Positions 51,105-64,000 are shown, counted from the first letter of the stretch. The stretch is 64,000 nt of DNA from Klebsormidium nitens (GCA_000708835.1 DF237274.1:1-64000), one strand, 5' to 3'. A program made the numbers and translations. Notes: generated from the sequence alone by a model not told the origin.

Positions 51105-52152
51105 TGAATCCACCGCAAAGCTCGTCTCACTGCGAGAATGCACCGAGAGCTGCGGATAGTGAATCAAAGTCGGTGAGAGTTTCTTGAAGTGCTCAACCAG
51201 CTGCGTCGATTGCAGGGTGCGTATAGGGTTTTAACAATCTCAGTTGATTGATGTCAATACTAATAGCCAAAAGCGCCCCAGATTAGCTTATTAAATTGAC
51301 ATCAAATGCGCTTGCAACTGTTGACAGTGTCACTGTCAGTGTAGTGCAAGACATGCATGGCAGGATACCGTAGCTGTAACAGCTGGGCTAGCGACCGTTA
51401 CCATTCGGTAACAGTGACAGAGGTTCAAGAGAACGCCGACGCACGTGTTTCCGGGAGACGGTTGATCTGCATGCCGGCTGAATCGGTGAACTGTACGCGC
51501 GTGAAGTTGGCCTGTTCTTCGGGTGGTGCACAGGTGCCATGCATGACTCTAGTACTGAGCACACCCAGACTTCCGCCCGCCCGGCCAACAAAGTGCTCAT
51601 GAACGCCTCATGAACGCAGTACTGCAGCGCAGAGCCTACAACAAGTTGTGCTCCTGGGGGGTTCAGCTGCAGTAGCAAGTCAGTACAGCCGTACTGCTGT
51701 ACGTGCAACCTTGGCTGAGCTGAGGGGCCTGATACGTGTGGACACTGCAGAGTCTCCCAATCCACTCCTCCCTGCACGTGTGACCCCGCTGACGTAATGC
51801 GTCAAGATCTCTCAACAAAAGCTCAGGTATGTAGCTCATGTCAGATTCTGACATCGGAAGCAGGTTTTGCGCCTCTCCTTCAGGGATTGCTAACTTCATA
51901 CAATGACCGGTATAAGCCTGCCAGGAGAAGACGGCACGGCAGCTGAGGAATAGGTTGGGATGATGAACCACTCAGAGCTCAACGGCTCATGTCTATACTT
52001 TTAAGTTGGTGTCCAGCCGTTTGATGAAAGGCAATGTCAAAAAGAAGAGGTTTAGAAGTGCGCGCCAATCTACCAAACACAGCAGATGAGCTCCTTTGCG
52101 TGATTTTGTCGCTGTTTTGAAATTAGTAGCCTACCAACCGCTGAGGCTTCAC

Positions 52153-55100
52153 ATGACGACAAGCCAGCGCATGCGGCTGCGTGCGCTAGGGCTGCAGGAC
52201 GACCCGCTATACTGGACGAGACCCGTGCCGATCAGCGAGCTGACCGCGCCCAGAAGCTTGCGATGGCAGCACGCCAGCACAGGTTGGTCTACTTCTAAGA
52301 TCCCCCAGACAGCTACCATGTCTAAAGGTCTATCTCTAAACTCCCTAATAATGCTGCCAAGCAATGTGCAGTCCAAAGTCTGCAAAGCTGTACACACTCA
52401 TGTAACTGGCGCCGAGCATTCTGCGGGTCTTGGTCATTGATGCAGCTCCAATTTGGTGAGCTACAAGTAGATCTTTAGCCCGCGGAACGAGGATATGAGG
52501 AGGTACTCCGAAGCAAACAAAAATCCTCTATTGTTCAACGTGTCAAAATCTGAGGCTTGTTGTAGTTCTGCCAACCAGCTTGAGGTCCGATTTACCCCTA
52601 TGCTGATCAACTCCTTTCCTGTTTTCCCTAGGTTCGAACGGCCTCAGAGCAGCGGCCGAAGTGGTGGAGCAAGATTCAGCCAGGGCTGACGTCAGCCACC
52701 TGCCCCGTCTGCAAACACCTGTCAGCACAGCATTAGAGCTGCTCATAAACAGCCTTTGCGTGGAGGAAGGCTGGGAGACGAGCTCGCCTGAGACATCCCC
52801 CACCTGGCAAAACGGTGGCACCAGCGGACGAAGCTCACCGTATCAAGTTGCAGAAAATGCTGGATCACAGGGGGCAATCCGGAATCGCACTGGGAGAACA
52901 CCATCGGATCGGAGGTCAAAACCTGCTAGGGTGCGCTTCCAAGAAGACGGAGAGGAAAGGGAAGATGTTCCACCAGAGGGAAGCGGGGGGAAGCTGGAGA
53001 ATGGACAGACAGAGCAAGCGCATGCAACGGGAGAAGACGGAAGCGAGGTTGGAAGAGCTACGGAATCCAGTGACGAGTTTGAGAACTTGGCCCTTCGGTT
53101 TCACAAGCAGCCGGTGAAGGTGAGTCACCTTTGGCATTTCGCCACGTCCCTTTTTGTGGTGGTGGACAGGGTCCCAGAAAAAAGGATTGACTATGGTAGC
53201 TGATTGTTTACGATTTAGTAGCTCAATGAATACAAGATGGTGCGCCATTTCGGAGGGCTCGAGCTCCTAGTGCTAGTGGGCCCCCAAAACGACAGTGTGC
53301 GACGCGCATGCACAGAAAGAAGCTTAAGGAAAGGCCTCTTCAAATCCGACTTAACGATCAACGGCCGCTTTGCTTCGCCCAGTTGTTTCCCCCAATTTAT
53401 TTGAAAATCTCCCTTTTCCGGATGCTGAGGAGCTGGATGCTTTTTCCCGCCTTATTGTCCCTCGAAGCATCCTGAAAGTCGAGTCCTGCTCCACCACAGG
53501 TCACGGGCAAAGAAAGTGGGCTTGACCCTACCCAGAAGGGCACTCCCCACCCTTCCCAAAAGCAGGGCTACCAGTACACCCCGCACCCTGTAAAAGGCAT
53601 CCGGAAGTCGGTGCAGCCGGGTACACCGTTCCCCTTAGGCAACGGTCTCCCCAGTCGCAGCCCCTTTGAAAGAAAGCAAAACCTCCAGCCAATTACCGAG
53701 GTCGACTACGGATCCAGCTCATCTCCGGCCACCCTAAGACCCGCCCGCGATGGTTCTCTCGGCGCCTCGAGCTCGGGGGGATCCCTCGGGGCAACTGCTC
53801 GGAAACGCTCGGGCCTGAGTTCAACGGGAGGGACTTCGGAGCTCCTGATAATGGAAGGAAATGAGCAGAATGATCAGACCTCTCCGCTCGGACCGGGTAG
53901 CTCTCAAGAGCCGACGACGCAAATGGGGAGGAGCCGAGAAACCGGCAATACGGGCAAGCTGGACACGCTGAGAACGACCCAAAGTTTGGACGGGCAGAAA
54001 ATGTTGCCTCGGGGATTGTCTCCCGAGCGGTCTGCAGAGAGCGTTCTGGTGAAACGGAGTCCGTACCTGGCGCCAGTGCGGAACGTGCGGACTGCGGGGG
54101 GAGACTCGGGGCTCGGGACGCAACGACGGGACCGGTTGGCGCAGTTTGCGGAGTATCTGGCGAGCCAGAAAGGGTCGGCTGAGGAGATGCGAGCGTCAGG
54201 AGAAGGGGACTCGAACGGGGCCAACTCTCCGGTTAAAAGGGCGGCTCCTCCTGAGATTCCCACCGAATGTGACAGCCCTTCTGGAAGGCAAGAGCAGTTG
54301 AGTACAGGGGAAGGCAGTCAACGTCGGTATGAACGGAGCTGGATTCAAACAGCCAGCCCTGGAAGGTCGCCTACAAAGCGTCTAGTGGAAAATGGTTGCG
54401 CAACTACCAGACCGCAACGATGGGTCATCGGGGAGTCAAGAACGAACAGGCAGCGCGGGTCAGCCCTTCCGGAGTTGAAAAGGCAGCGGAGCAACGGAAC
54501 AAGGGCTTCCGAAGGACCGGAATCGCCGACGCAGGCGGTGCCAACTGAAGAGACGAGCTGGAGCAAGGCGGAGAAGCAACGGAGGAGGCGACGATTGTCG
54601 AAAGAGCAGGTGAGCGCTCCAGACACAAGACCAGTTTCTGGCACCGAATCGTTCGTTGTTACTTTGATCATTTCAGCCCTTGACGTCCGCGTCAAGTGGA
54701 GGCCTAAGAGGTAGAAAAACAAAGCGCTTTAGGTCTGACATTGGACAGGGCCGAGTTGCCAGGCCCGGTTGTCCTTCATCAGGAGCTTTTGTAACCAGGC
54801 ATCACTTTCTGAGACCCGGTTGAGGAAGCAGAAATTGAAGCCATAAGATGGTCGCCAGGGACTTGCAAGTCAGTCAGCTAGGGGAAAGGAAGGGTTCGTG
54901 GGGGGAGCAGACTCGCCACCTTCGCACAACCTTTCCAAGATGCTTCACTATTCGCACGACGTTCAACCCTATTGAGGAGCGCATCAGCAGATGCAGCTCC
55001 CTGATTGGAGATCAAGACGCTTCTCGGTGACAAAATACACACGATTGCCTCATTGCTGTTGCGACCGAAACAGGTGTGCAGCATCTATGCAGCCTCTCCA

Positions 55101-55648
55101 ACGACTCATCGAGGCTCCGTGCCCATCATGTCCTGCCGTCGTGCGCAGGCGTCGTTGAGCGAGGACATCAGTTTCAGAGTTGGCATCTCAAGAGAGCCCA
55201 AAGAGCTGAACCGGCCCTTCCTCCTTTTGCAGGCGCGGCTGAGCAAGCATACCCATCCTAGCGCTGAGATTTCAAAAAGCCCGAAGGAGTAAATCGCCTT
55301 TCCCTCCTCTTGCAGGCGTGGCTGAACAAGAGCCACCAGCGCATGGCCCTCTGGATGCAGGACCACTTCGCGGCGCTGGAGCGCATCGCGCACCTGACGC
55401 CGAGCGAGCGCGCGGACGCGGAGCGCATGTGGAGCGCCGCGCAGGCGGCCGCGAGGGACCGCAAACTCAACCTGATCAGGCTGCACTCGACAATCATGAC
55501 GGGACTCGAAAAGGACGAGAAGGGGGCCGAAACTGGGGGGGGCCGAAGCGAGGCGACCGAGGAGCGACCATTGTGTTCGCCGAAACAGACAACCGGTCTT
55601 GAGTTTGCGGCGTCAGATAGTGGAGGAACTAAAATTGGGGTCGAATGA
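52153..55648 (+). CDS. Uncharacterised protein, mostly low-complexity Ser/Gly/Arg/Glu-rich, with a helical C-terminal region
   Basis: Phase-compatible exons ~52153-52281, 52633-53118 and 53501-54610, plus GC-rich ...AWLNKSHQRMALWMQDHFAALERIAHL... ending at 55648. No family recognised; start and middle exons are uncertain. Confidence 0.55.
55149..55330 (+). repeat. Diverged ~84-bp tandem repeat, each unit starting at a CAG|GCG acceptor
   Basis: cag|GCGTCGTTGAGCGAG (55149), cag|GCGCGGCTGAGCAAG (55233) and cag|GCGTGGCTGAACAAG (55316), with similar intervening sequence. Confidence 0.65.
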
Positions 55649-56939
55649 GAGCCTTAGTCCTATAGAAGTCAAACGCTGGGAGCCGACATTTCATCATCGG
55701 CCGACTAGCTTCTGGGATAACCCTGTTGATGAAGTTGCCGATGGAAATGGTGAGATAATCTTTGAGAGGCTCCGGCATGCATTTTGCAAATCTCCGCTCC
55801 TGCCAAATCGTTCCGCGTGGACTTTTAGCTACTAATACGGAGTTGTTGTATCCGCAAGCGAATTTAGACCCTGGAACCCAACAGATTCGTGGCATCTATC
55901 ATCTTCAAGATGAACGGGGATCATTTTCGTGCTGCGGCGCCCGAGTGTTGTGGGCCGAGTTGGTTGTGACCCGAGTTCTTGTGCGAATGAATTGACATCG
56001 GCGGCTTCTTCATTATTTCAGCTGAATCGCGACTTCAAACTTTCAGTTGGATCCAGGATCCAATTGAGCTATGGGCTGTTTAGTATCTGATTGCAAGCGA
56101 GTCACTTTATACATAGAAAAACTGCATGTGCAGCGACAGTTCAAATCGGGATCAGGTCCTTGAGTTAGCTCCCCTTCTTCATTGGCCGGAAAGAACAGAA
56201 GCGTCGTTTTCTATGATCGTTTTTCGCAACAGATTCGCGATAAACGCGGCCCGGGCTTTTGAGCAATTGACTTAGGATATTACAAATCTGCGTGCACATG
56301 CGCGCACGCAGCAGGCGGACTCACGGTTCTTCAAAGAACGCGTTCAATCTTCAAATGCAACTGAGCATGTGCCCGAGACGGGTGCATGTGTCTCGTATGC
56401 TTTAAGCTGCATGCCAGCGCCGGCGAATCACATGCACAGATGATGGGTCGAAGACTCTTATTCGGCTGAGCCTGGAGGCTGAATATACAATTAACTTGCA
56501 TCTTGCATGCTTAAACAGCTTATCGTTTTGGTCGGATAATTCCATGCCAAACATCTCTGGCAGCCGTAGGAGCGGCCGGCCGGGCGCTCGAAAACGGGCC
56601 GGATCGGATGAGCATATATTCGATTGGCGTTGCAATAATCATTCACTGAATTCTGCTAACGGTGCATACTAGGTCGCGCTAGCTCAACGCGTACCAGAGA
56701 TTGAGATCATGATGCCCTTGACCCTAAATCTTTCCAAGCACAGCTTTGGAGTGGTGACGGTCTGGTGCCGCCGACACGAGGTTGCATCTACAAGACTGCT
56801 CCTGTGATACGGGTCCTGGCGGCTCCAACTTAATTGAAGAACCTTGGAATTGTTGCTTCATCATCAGAAGAATGATTTGACGGGTTCGGGATTACTCTAA
56901 CTATTCGCTGTCTTTCTCACCATTCGACTTTGCTTCGAA

Positions 56940-59426
56940 TCATGACGGGTTGCTCTTCCACGACTTTAGCCATTGCGAGATCGTCTCGACGTTCTGTTCC
57001 ATGTCCTCTACGGAGTTGCTCGGAAGGGCGAGCACTTTACTGTGCTCGTAGCTCTCCCGCGCCTCTTCGAGAATGACTTGCATGATCTCGCACTCCATGT
57101 TGTCCTCCAGTTTCCTACCTGAGTACCCCCTGCACGTTGACAGAACTAGTGAGCTGATCGCTCAGACTTGCAAATGAATCTTGCCAAGTCAGAGGTCTCC
57201 TTATGAACGAAATGGAGGTGCGGAGACTGATGGCGCGGTAAGCAACAATTGCGGTAACAATCAGGGAAAAAGCAAACTTAGAACCGTGACTTGAACCTAA
57301 AAGCGCAAAAGATCCACTTCGAGCATAGGGAAAGCATCCGTGGAACGGGTGCATCATCCAATTTCCCGGCAGTGGTACACAAGCCAGGACGCATGCTCTA
57401 ATCGGGTTCGAGACCCGGCGAAGGACCGAAAAGACTTGCCTGGCTACGAGCCGATCGTAGAGAACCGAGTTGTCGGTTTGCAGCACCACCACGAGATCGA
57501 ACCAGCGCTCGGGAAAGAGCTCGCAGCCGTGGTAGTCCAAAAGGCAGCCACCCTCGGCCACTCGGTCCTCCAATTCGTCGCACAGCTGCCACAGGGGAGT
57601 GAAAATAATTAAGTGATTCGGATCAGCAAGTTAAGTCAGGCAAAAGCAGGTGACGAAGGACAGCTCTATTCGAGGGCCTGAATGAAGCTGGCAGAGTAAA
57701 ATGCCGGCTTGGCTAGACAACCGTGAAAATCTGCAGAAAACTGAGAAGGTCCTGCAATGTTGAGCAATTGAGACCGGTCATAGCGGCTCTAGCGATCGCA
57801 AGGTCACTGCCAGGCATTTGGAACATCTACCAAACGCAAGAGCCACCAAAAGGAGCGGCCCCAAAGAAAGTCCTTGCTCTGAAAGCCAGCAAATAGCAGC
57901 ATTTCGTTTCGTTTCGTACCCGAACCAGAAACGATAATGAAACCACTGCAGAACAGGGCCGGAAAACGTGTCTGTCCACGTGCGACTTTACTAGCAAGGG
58001 GCTCACAATGAGTTGCGACACCAAAGACGTACTGCTTGCATATGGGTGCGGCAGCATCTGATCCCCTTAAGGAACAACGATAACAATGCTACCTCACAAC
58101 TTTCTGACCACTTCTCTTATGTGACTTCTACATTAACTTGCCGAAATCTACCTTCTCTGTGTCTTACAAAGGCTGCTCAGTAGTTACTTTAAAGGTCTGT
58201 CAACTCCCTCTGCTCAAGCGATCCAGACGGAAAGACGGACTCCGGTAAGCTCATCCCAATCCTGCCTTGACTACCACCCCTTTCATCGACTCCCCAAAGG
58301 TGTATGCTCCGCCAATCAGAACAGGTGACAGCAGATTGCGACCGGAGTTAGAGTGTCCATTCTCAGGCTCTGACCAAGAAGACTCTGTCTGGGAGGGAAC
58401 TCAAGCGTCAGTGAGTATGATAAGTCCTCCTCACCTTGTCCTCGTTCAAGTTCCAGGACTGATACTCCTCGTCCCAGCCATCGTGCAGCTCCTTCTCCTT
58501 GACCAGGTCCCCTATGTTGATGTACTGAAGGGGAACAGATGCCGCCAGCTGGTGACACAGCGAGGTCTTGCCAGTGCCGGGGGTACCAGTGACTGGGGGG
58601 GGGAGGATATGTAGGTATGTTAGATGTTGAGAACTCATTTGGATTGGTATAAGTGATTCCTGATGAGACGGGCTAAGTCTTGTCCACTCAAAATGCAGAT
58701 GCTGGGGTGCACAAGAGTGAATAGAATGGAGCTGGGGCTGTTGGGTTGGAAGTGGTTCGGATGTCTTCGCTTTTGATAAGGTGAGTGGCTGGTGAGTGGC
58801 CCGTTTAGAAGGAGTGGCGAGCAGAGAGAAATGGTCAGGCAAATGAACCGCCATTTAACAGTCTGGACCGGTTGGCTCCAGCATTGATGGAGCAGTAGCG
58901 CCTAGGCTGAAGCGGGATATACCAGATGTGATAAGCTACTTTCTGTCCTTCTTGATCAAAAAATTAGAGAGTCCGGCTGCTTGTTTAAATGTTGATGGCA
59001 CGAAAGATGGTCAGGGTCTGGCGATTCTGGCAAATGATGTCTTCTTGCCAGACTGGCATAGCAGTGATGTGGGGGGTGGTGCAGCGACTTGAAGCCCCAC
59101 ATTACTTCGCAATGGTGCAACTTGAATTTCAGTCATTCAATTGACTTTGCAAGGCTCAATCAAGCAAGCATACTGACGTCCATAACAGCCAATCTTGACT
59201 AATCAGGTCATTGGCAAAGGTTTCCAAAGGTGCACACAAGACAACATTCATGACCTGGGCGACACTTTCGCAGTTGTCGCACACTTGCACCAGTTTGCGA
59301 GCGTTGTAGGGCCTGCATCACAAACGAATCACGTGTTCTTGTGGACACTGGACCCTTACCCAAGATGTTTGGCGCCGCCCGCCCACCTCTCACCCCCATA
59401 TCGTCATCGGTTGCCTCGTTGCCCAT
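56940..59426 (-). CDS. AK6: Adenylate kinase 6 (Fap7/hCINAP family), 4 exons
   Basis: MGNEAT...APNIL|[10 protein letters not shown] (P-loop), [57 protein letters not shown]; ends WKSNPS*. Confidence 0.95.
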
Positions 59427-59652
59427 GAAGCCAACCGATTGACGATTTAGAGGCAACACGCACAATCAGCTCGTTGGCAAAACGCACGGTGCAATGCTGC
59501 AGCTCGCAGTCCCTCTCCAGATGCAAGTAAAGCCCTATACTAGGTAATAGGCTAGTCCCTCCAGGCTCCAGCGTTCTGCATGCTCAGTACGTCTCTAGCT
59601 CACCAATTGCGCGGTGGCCTCTTCACACCGAGGGCCCATTTGACCCCGCTCA

Positions 59653-60096
59653 GAGTAGACGTACATTGGCACGGTTACATGGGTTTGTAGCAACTTTTTC
59701 CGACGGCACGGTTACTTCGAGTTTGGCGCGAAAGCACTCGGCCGGTCACCGAACGTAGCCCCTTGGAAGGAGCAAATCTGCAAAACTCCGGATCAGACGG
59801 TACTGTACCATGTAGATCTTGGGTACTGAGGGTGTACTGACCAGACTTCCGAACCGTCCGATCCACTCGTTCCCCCCACGCGGCAAGCCCGGATGGAGTA
59901 ACGGTGCGCCGTTGGCCCCAACCCGCCTCGCCGAGGCGGGTTGGGGCCAACAGTGCCGTTGGAGGATTATCGCGGGGGGTTCCGAAGAATCGACCCAGTT
60001 GATCGATGAAGTAACCGTAAGTAAAAGTAACCGTGCCAATGTGCGGTCCGGTTGCAGTTAAGTTTCAACAGAAACGGTGCCAATGTAAGTCTACGC
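59653..60096. mobile_element. 444-bp MITE, PIF/Harbinger-like (3-bp TSD TCA)
   Basis: Left TIR GAGTAGACGTACATTGGCACGGTT versus reverse complement of the right end GCGTAGACTTACATTGGCACCGTT (24 nt, 3 mismatches). TCA flanks both ends (59650-59652, 60097-60099). The subterminal motif GGCACGGTTAC is repeated at both ends in inverted orientation. Confidence 0.75.
59911..59951. repeat. Perfect 41-bp palindrome (20-bp arms, 1-nt spacer)
   Basis: GTTGGCCCCAACCCGCCTCG-C-CGAGGCGGGTTGGGGCCAAC. Confidence 0.95.
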
Positions 60097-60509
60097 TCAG
60101 GCGGCTAGAACCACGGTAGCTATTGTCTACCAGCCGCCAATAATTGGAGCATCATGATGTGAATATGTCGCACTTGTATACGTCAGGCCTCGCAGGAGAC
60201 GAGGTAGGCAATCACGATCGACGGTCTGCATCTATGTTGACCGAGTTGATGACGTAGTTTGAATTTGTGGATTGCGTTTCTTGCGGACCACTGTGGACGA
60301 TGACGCAGAGCGAGATGGTCGATTGGACGTCCGAATTAGGGTTGCAGTGCCTGGCAAACCTGCAGAAAGGCCCGGTTGAATGCGGGCTGACAAGGAATGC
60401 AAGCTAGAATGCGAAGAGGCCCCTTCAATGTAGCCTCACAGAGCAAACGCACGGACAATGGAGTGCGGCAGAATGGATGCTTGATCCGGGAGAGGCATGA
60501 CAGCAATGT

Positions 60510-63500
60510 ATGCAAGGAGCAATGGAGGCAGCCGAGGCGCAGGCGAGCAGCGCTGAGGCGGGCGTTCCCCGCTCGCCGGCGCAAGTGGTTCCTAAGATGC
60601 AGGACTTTGCGACAGGCACTGCACTGCTAGATCCTAGGCTTGTCAGCAGTGAGAACAATGAAGCGGTTGCTGAGGAAAAGCTTCTGGATGCCATTCCTAG
60701 AGCCGCTGCAGGAAGTCCTGAAGATGCTGCTGGCAGTGAACCTGCTATGCCTGACCGCTCTGTACGTGCAGAGCAACAAGCCCCCCCTGATCGTCAGCAT
60801 GCTGCTGGCAGCCGCGCTTCTGACGGCTCCTCTGTATCTCCGCTTCCTAGTGACTCAAGTCACGGCGAACTCCCTGCCTCGGAGGCATCGGGAGAGTTCC
60901 AAGGGGGACCGGAGAGCCAAGCAGAGGCGGGAGGAGAGGCGCAGGACGGAGCGCTGAGGGGGGGCGCTGTCACTTGCAGTTTCACGGTCCTGCCTGAGGG
61001 CTACCGGCACCGATTGGTGACACAGTCAGGGATGAGCATAGGAGAAGTCTTACAGCAGATTGCGCAGGAACTGAGTGTCCCAGCATTTGTACTCCAAGCG
61101 CAGCAGGCAGGCCAGGACTTGAGACCTGAGCAGGTTTTGGGGGCCCTGCTCAAGGAAGCAGATCAGGCAGATGCAGAGATGAGCAACAACTGTCTAGAGT
61201 TGGAGCTACTGCTTGACTTCTCCAGGAGCGACCCACACTTAGAAGCAGAAGGCGGAAATCCTGACGCACAGGAGGGAGCAAGGCAGGAGCAAGCAAGGCG
61301 TGCGGCAATGCAGATAGAACGATGCACAACAAAGCAGCCTTTCCTGGGGGGCTACAGGAATAAGCAGACCGGTAGGTTTAAGCAGACTTGCCAAGATCAA
61401 CCCATCCAGGACATTGTTCTTGTGTTACAGAATGAATATTCTCGAGGTTGAAAGCAGACATATTAAGTTGCACCAACCTTGTAGTACCGTTGATGCTAAC
61501 AAGTCCGTGTTCAGCAGCCACAGTCTAGCTTCTAAGTACAAGGCTCACTTCTAGGCACTGATTTCTTGGTCTGTCTATAAGGTTTGATCAGTCTTCTGTC
61601 CGCACACGGCTCTTTTCTGCCTAAGCGACTCACAACAGAAAGACTTTCATTGCAGGTGTTGAGTACCTGAATGCAGCGGCGCAGTGCGAACGTCCTTCAG
61701 TCATGTCTGCCTCTGAGCGCAAGCTGAGCCGCGACACTCAGACGTACGATCAGAAGCATGTGGCACTGCAGAGTATCAAGGAGGCAGCAACTCAGATGGC
61801 GCGTAGTGACCTTATGCTGGATGAAAGCAGGGACAGGGTGGTTCTCCCAAGGGCTTATGAAGACTCTGAGCACTGGGAGAGGAGGAGGGACCATGCGGTC
61901 ATTATGTTGCAGCGCTACTGGAGGGGGTGGCTGGCGAGGAGGAGGGCAGGGGAGCTGCGCGAGAGGGAAGAGGAGAAGCAACATGTGAGCATGCATCAAG
62001 AAAAGTTCCATCTTGTCATCGAACCGTTGCATTTTGAACTTCCGTCTTGGGTCAATGGTGACACACGAAGGGTGAGGGGAGCTGAAAGTAGTTTCCCCAA
62101 GGGATCATCTTGTTGCATTTCCCAATCAGCTTTGCACCCTGCTGGCGAGGCGCCTGTAGATTCAGCATTCCTCTTAAAAGGCGTCTCGGTGTCTGTCCTG
62201 CTCAGCTTCGCATCTTGCTGGCCGGGTGGCGGGGGGGTGCTGCTTCAATATGGACAGATCATGCCAGAGCCGAGCTGCACAGGCAGTGCAAAACCTCCAT
62301 TACAGGGCCCCAGCGGTGAATGAAGAGCTGTTCAGCTTTGCTGGACGACCCCGGAAGGAACCCGGTGCCCTCAGCTCCCCAACCTCGTTAATGCTCCCAA
62401 TGTACAGCTCCCCACGTTCTGACACCTCTCTTTCGTGTCTGCCAGTTTCTGCAGGAGGAACAGCAGCGGCGCCGGCAGGCGGCCGAGGCTTTCCGGCGGG
62501 GCGAGATCGAGCGGCGCCTGCAGCCCCGAACGGCCGCCGACTTTGACATCCTGTACAGCGAGCTCGAGGCGTGGCGCATGCAGGTAAACCCGGCAGCACA
62601 GCAGCGTCCTTGGTCTGTTCTTGCTTGAAGTGGAGAATGAAGCATCGGCCCACTTTCGTCTCGCCCGCGGCAGGTTTCTGTGATGTTCGATATTTCAGGG
62701 GTGTATTGGCAAGACGTGGCATACAATCCAACGAGTAGCAACGTGGAGCCGTTTGAGGGGATTTGGCAGCTCCGGAAACTGAGTACTCGTCCCACCTGAA
62801 TTAATTACCTTGGTTGCGTAATCGGAGACTGAGAGATTCGTTCCAGCACGTCAAAGCCGTTTTTCATACCCGCTCATGCTGGTACCTTTCCTCTTGCTCA
62901 AGTTGCATCGCCTCCTGAGCTTCGACAGCTCACACCTTGAAGAGTCATAAGTCATAACGCACCCGTCTCTCACTGCCTCCTCGGTGCACCCGCAGGAGAC
63001 GCGCAAGATCAAGGAGAGCGTATCGGAGGAGGAGGCGCGAAAGCCGGCGCTTCGACAGCTGCTGCACAAGGTGAGTCGAGAGGCAGATGACGTCATGCTG
63101 ACTCAGGCTTGGAGCACGAGCTTCACGCGAAGCCTGCCCGGATGGAAGTCGAAGGCAGAGGAACGTCTCTGCGAACGAGACTGAGAACGATGCTTAGAGC
63201 GGGCTCGCGAGAAGCTGTAACCGCTTCGTTGATGAGGTGCTTGTAGCTGCAATATCAGGCGCCGAAAGTCCACCCGTCTTTTGGATTGTATTTCGATCGC
63301 GAGCGGCCAGCCTTCTGGTTGCAGTGGACGAGAGGCTGTGTCCTTCAAGAATCCAGAAACTCCACATCTTAGATTTGCTGACGTTCTCAGCAGGTCGGCC
63401 TGACTTACGCCCTTTAACACACCGGCGTCGCCGTCCCTCCAAATATTCAATGAACGCAATCCGTCGGACTCTTCGAACTCGTTCTACATCGAGCTTATGC

Positions 63501-64000
63501 ACGGTAGAAACCCCTTGGAGCAGCCAAACGCTGACGCGTGGCACGTTTCTCACCGTCCCCCTTCAGGAAACGAAGCTGCTGCAGACGATCGACCGGCTGA
63601 AGCTGGCGGCAGGGAAGGAGAACCGGAGCACGCGCATTGCGCGCTCGCTCGCGAGCATGGCCGCGCCCAAGCAGTGGGAGCTGCGCGACGGCAACAAGGT
63701 CGAGGTGCAGACGCCGCTCACCGTGCGCGCCGCCGAGCTGATGCAGGTGAGGCGGGGAAAAGGTGCACAACTCTTTTGCTACTAAGATATTGTTACATCG
63801 CTATGTGTGAGGAGTGGCGCAGATGCCCTCACCGGGTGCGCCGCCGATCTGATAGAGGTAAGGCCGGGAATGCAGTCCGCCATCATTTGATCGTTGGGCC
63901 AGTCGTGCCCCGACAATCTCTTCCTTTCAAATTAGCGGAAACAGGGTGCAACCAGGTCGATAGGGAATGAGTTGCTTCTGCTCATGGGCTGTATGGAGAA
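60510..64000 (+). CDS. IQUB: IQ motif and ubiquitin-like domain-containing ciliary radial-spoke protein, 3' end beyond the window
   Basis: Ubiquitin-like block (VTCSFTVLP...SIGEVLQQIAQEL), KQPFLGGYRNKQTG|VEYLNAAAQ, SRDTQT, IQ motif IMLQRYWRGWLARRRA, RRLQPRTAADFDILYSELEAW, LLQTIDRLK, MAAPKQWELRDGNKVEVQTPLTVRAAELMQ. Confidence 0.92.

Noticed and set aside
51357-51971. Short ORFs and an 11-bp duplication (CTCATGAACGC x2) upstream of RPA12
   Set aside because: No frame gives a convincing protein even after removing one copy of the duplication.
57365-57420. tRNA-like A-box (CAGTGGTA) and T-arm (GGGTTCGAGACCC) in an AK6 intron
   Set aside because: There is no anticodon or acceptor stem and the spacing is short; chance or a very decayed SINE.

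Overview
Eukaryotic, intron-rich nuclear DNA. The gene set (plastid YgfZ-like protein, FeS-free APR-B, flagellar CFAP298 and IQUB) suggests a flagellate-capable streptophyte alga such as Klebsormidium; this is an inference. The window has two parts. (1) About 0.3-16.5 kb is an accessory zone with three consecutive disrupted multi-exon genes: two unrecognisable and one CCCH-RRM-LOTUS RNA-binding gene. A G-rich, palindromic tandem-repeat block at 8.63-8.92 kb looks like a transposon terminus. (2) About 17.3-64 kb is compact, apparently intact housekeeping sequence, mostly in head-to-head pairs: CFAP298/RBFA-like, BAG6-like/SAM methyltransferase, PDX1/plastid YgfZ-like, APR-B, RPA12/unknown, AK6/IQUB. 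A 444-bp MITE carrying a perfect 41-bp palindrome sits between AK6 and IQUB, and several local tandem duplications copy splice acceptors. No rRNA, tRNA, CRISPR array or recognisable transposase was seen. Exon boundaries were assigned by eye from GT/AG sites plus protein similarity recalled from memory; no database search was run.
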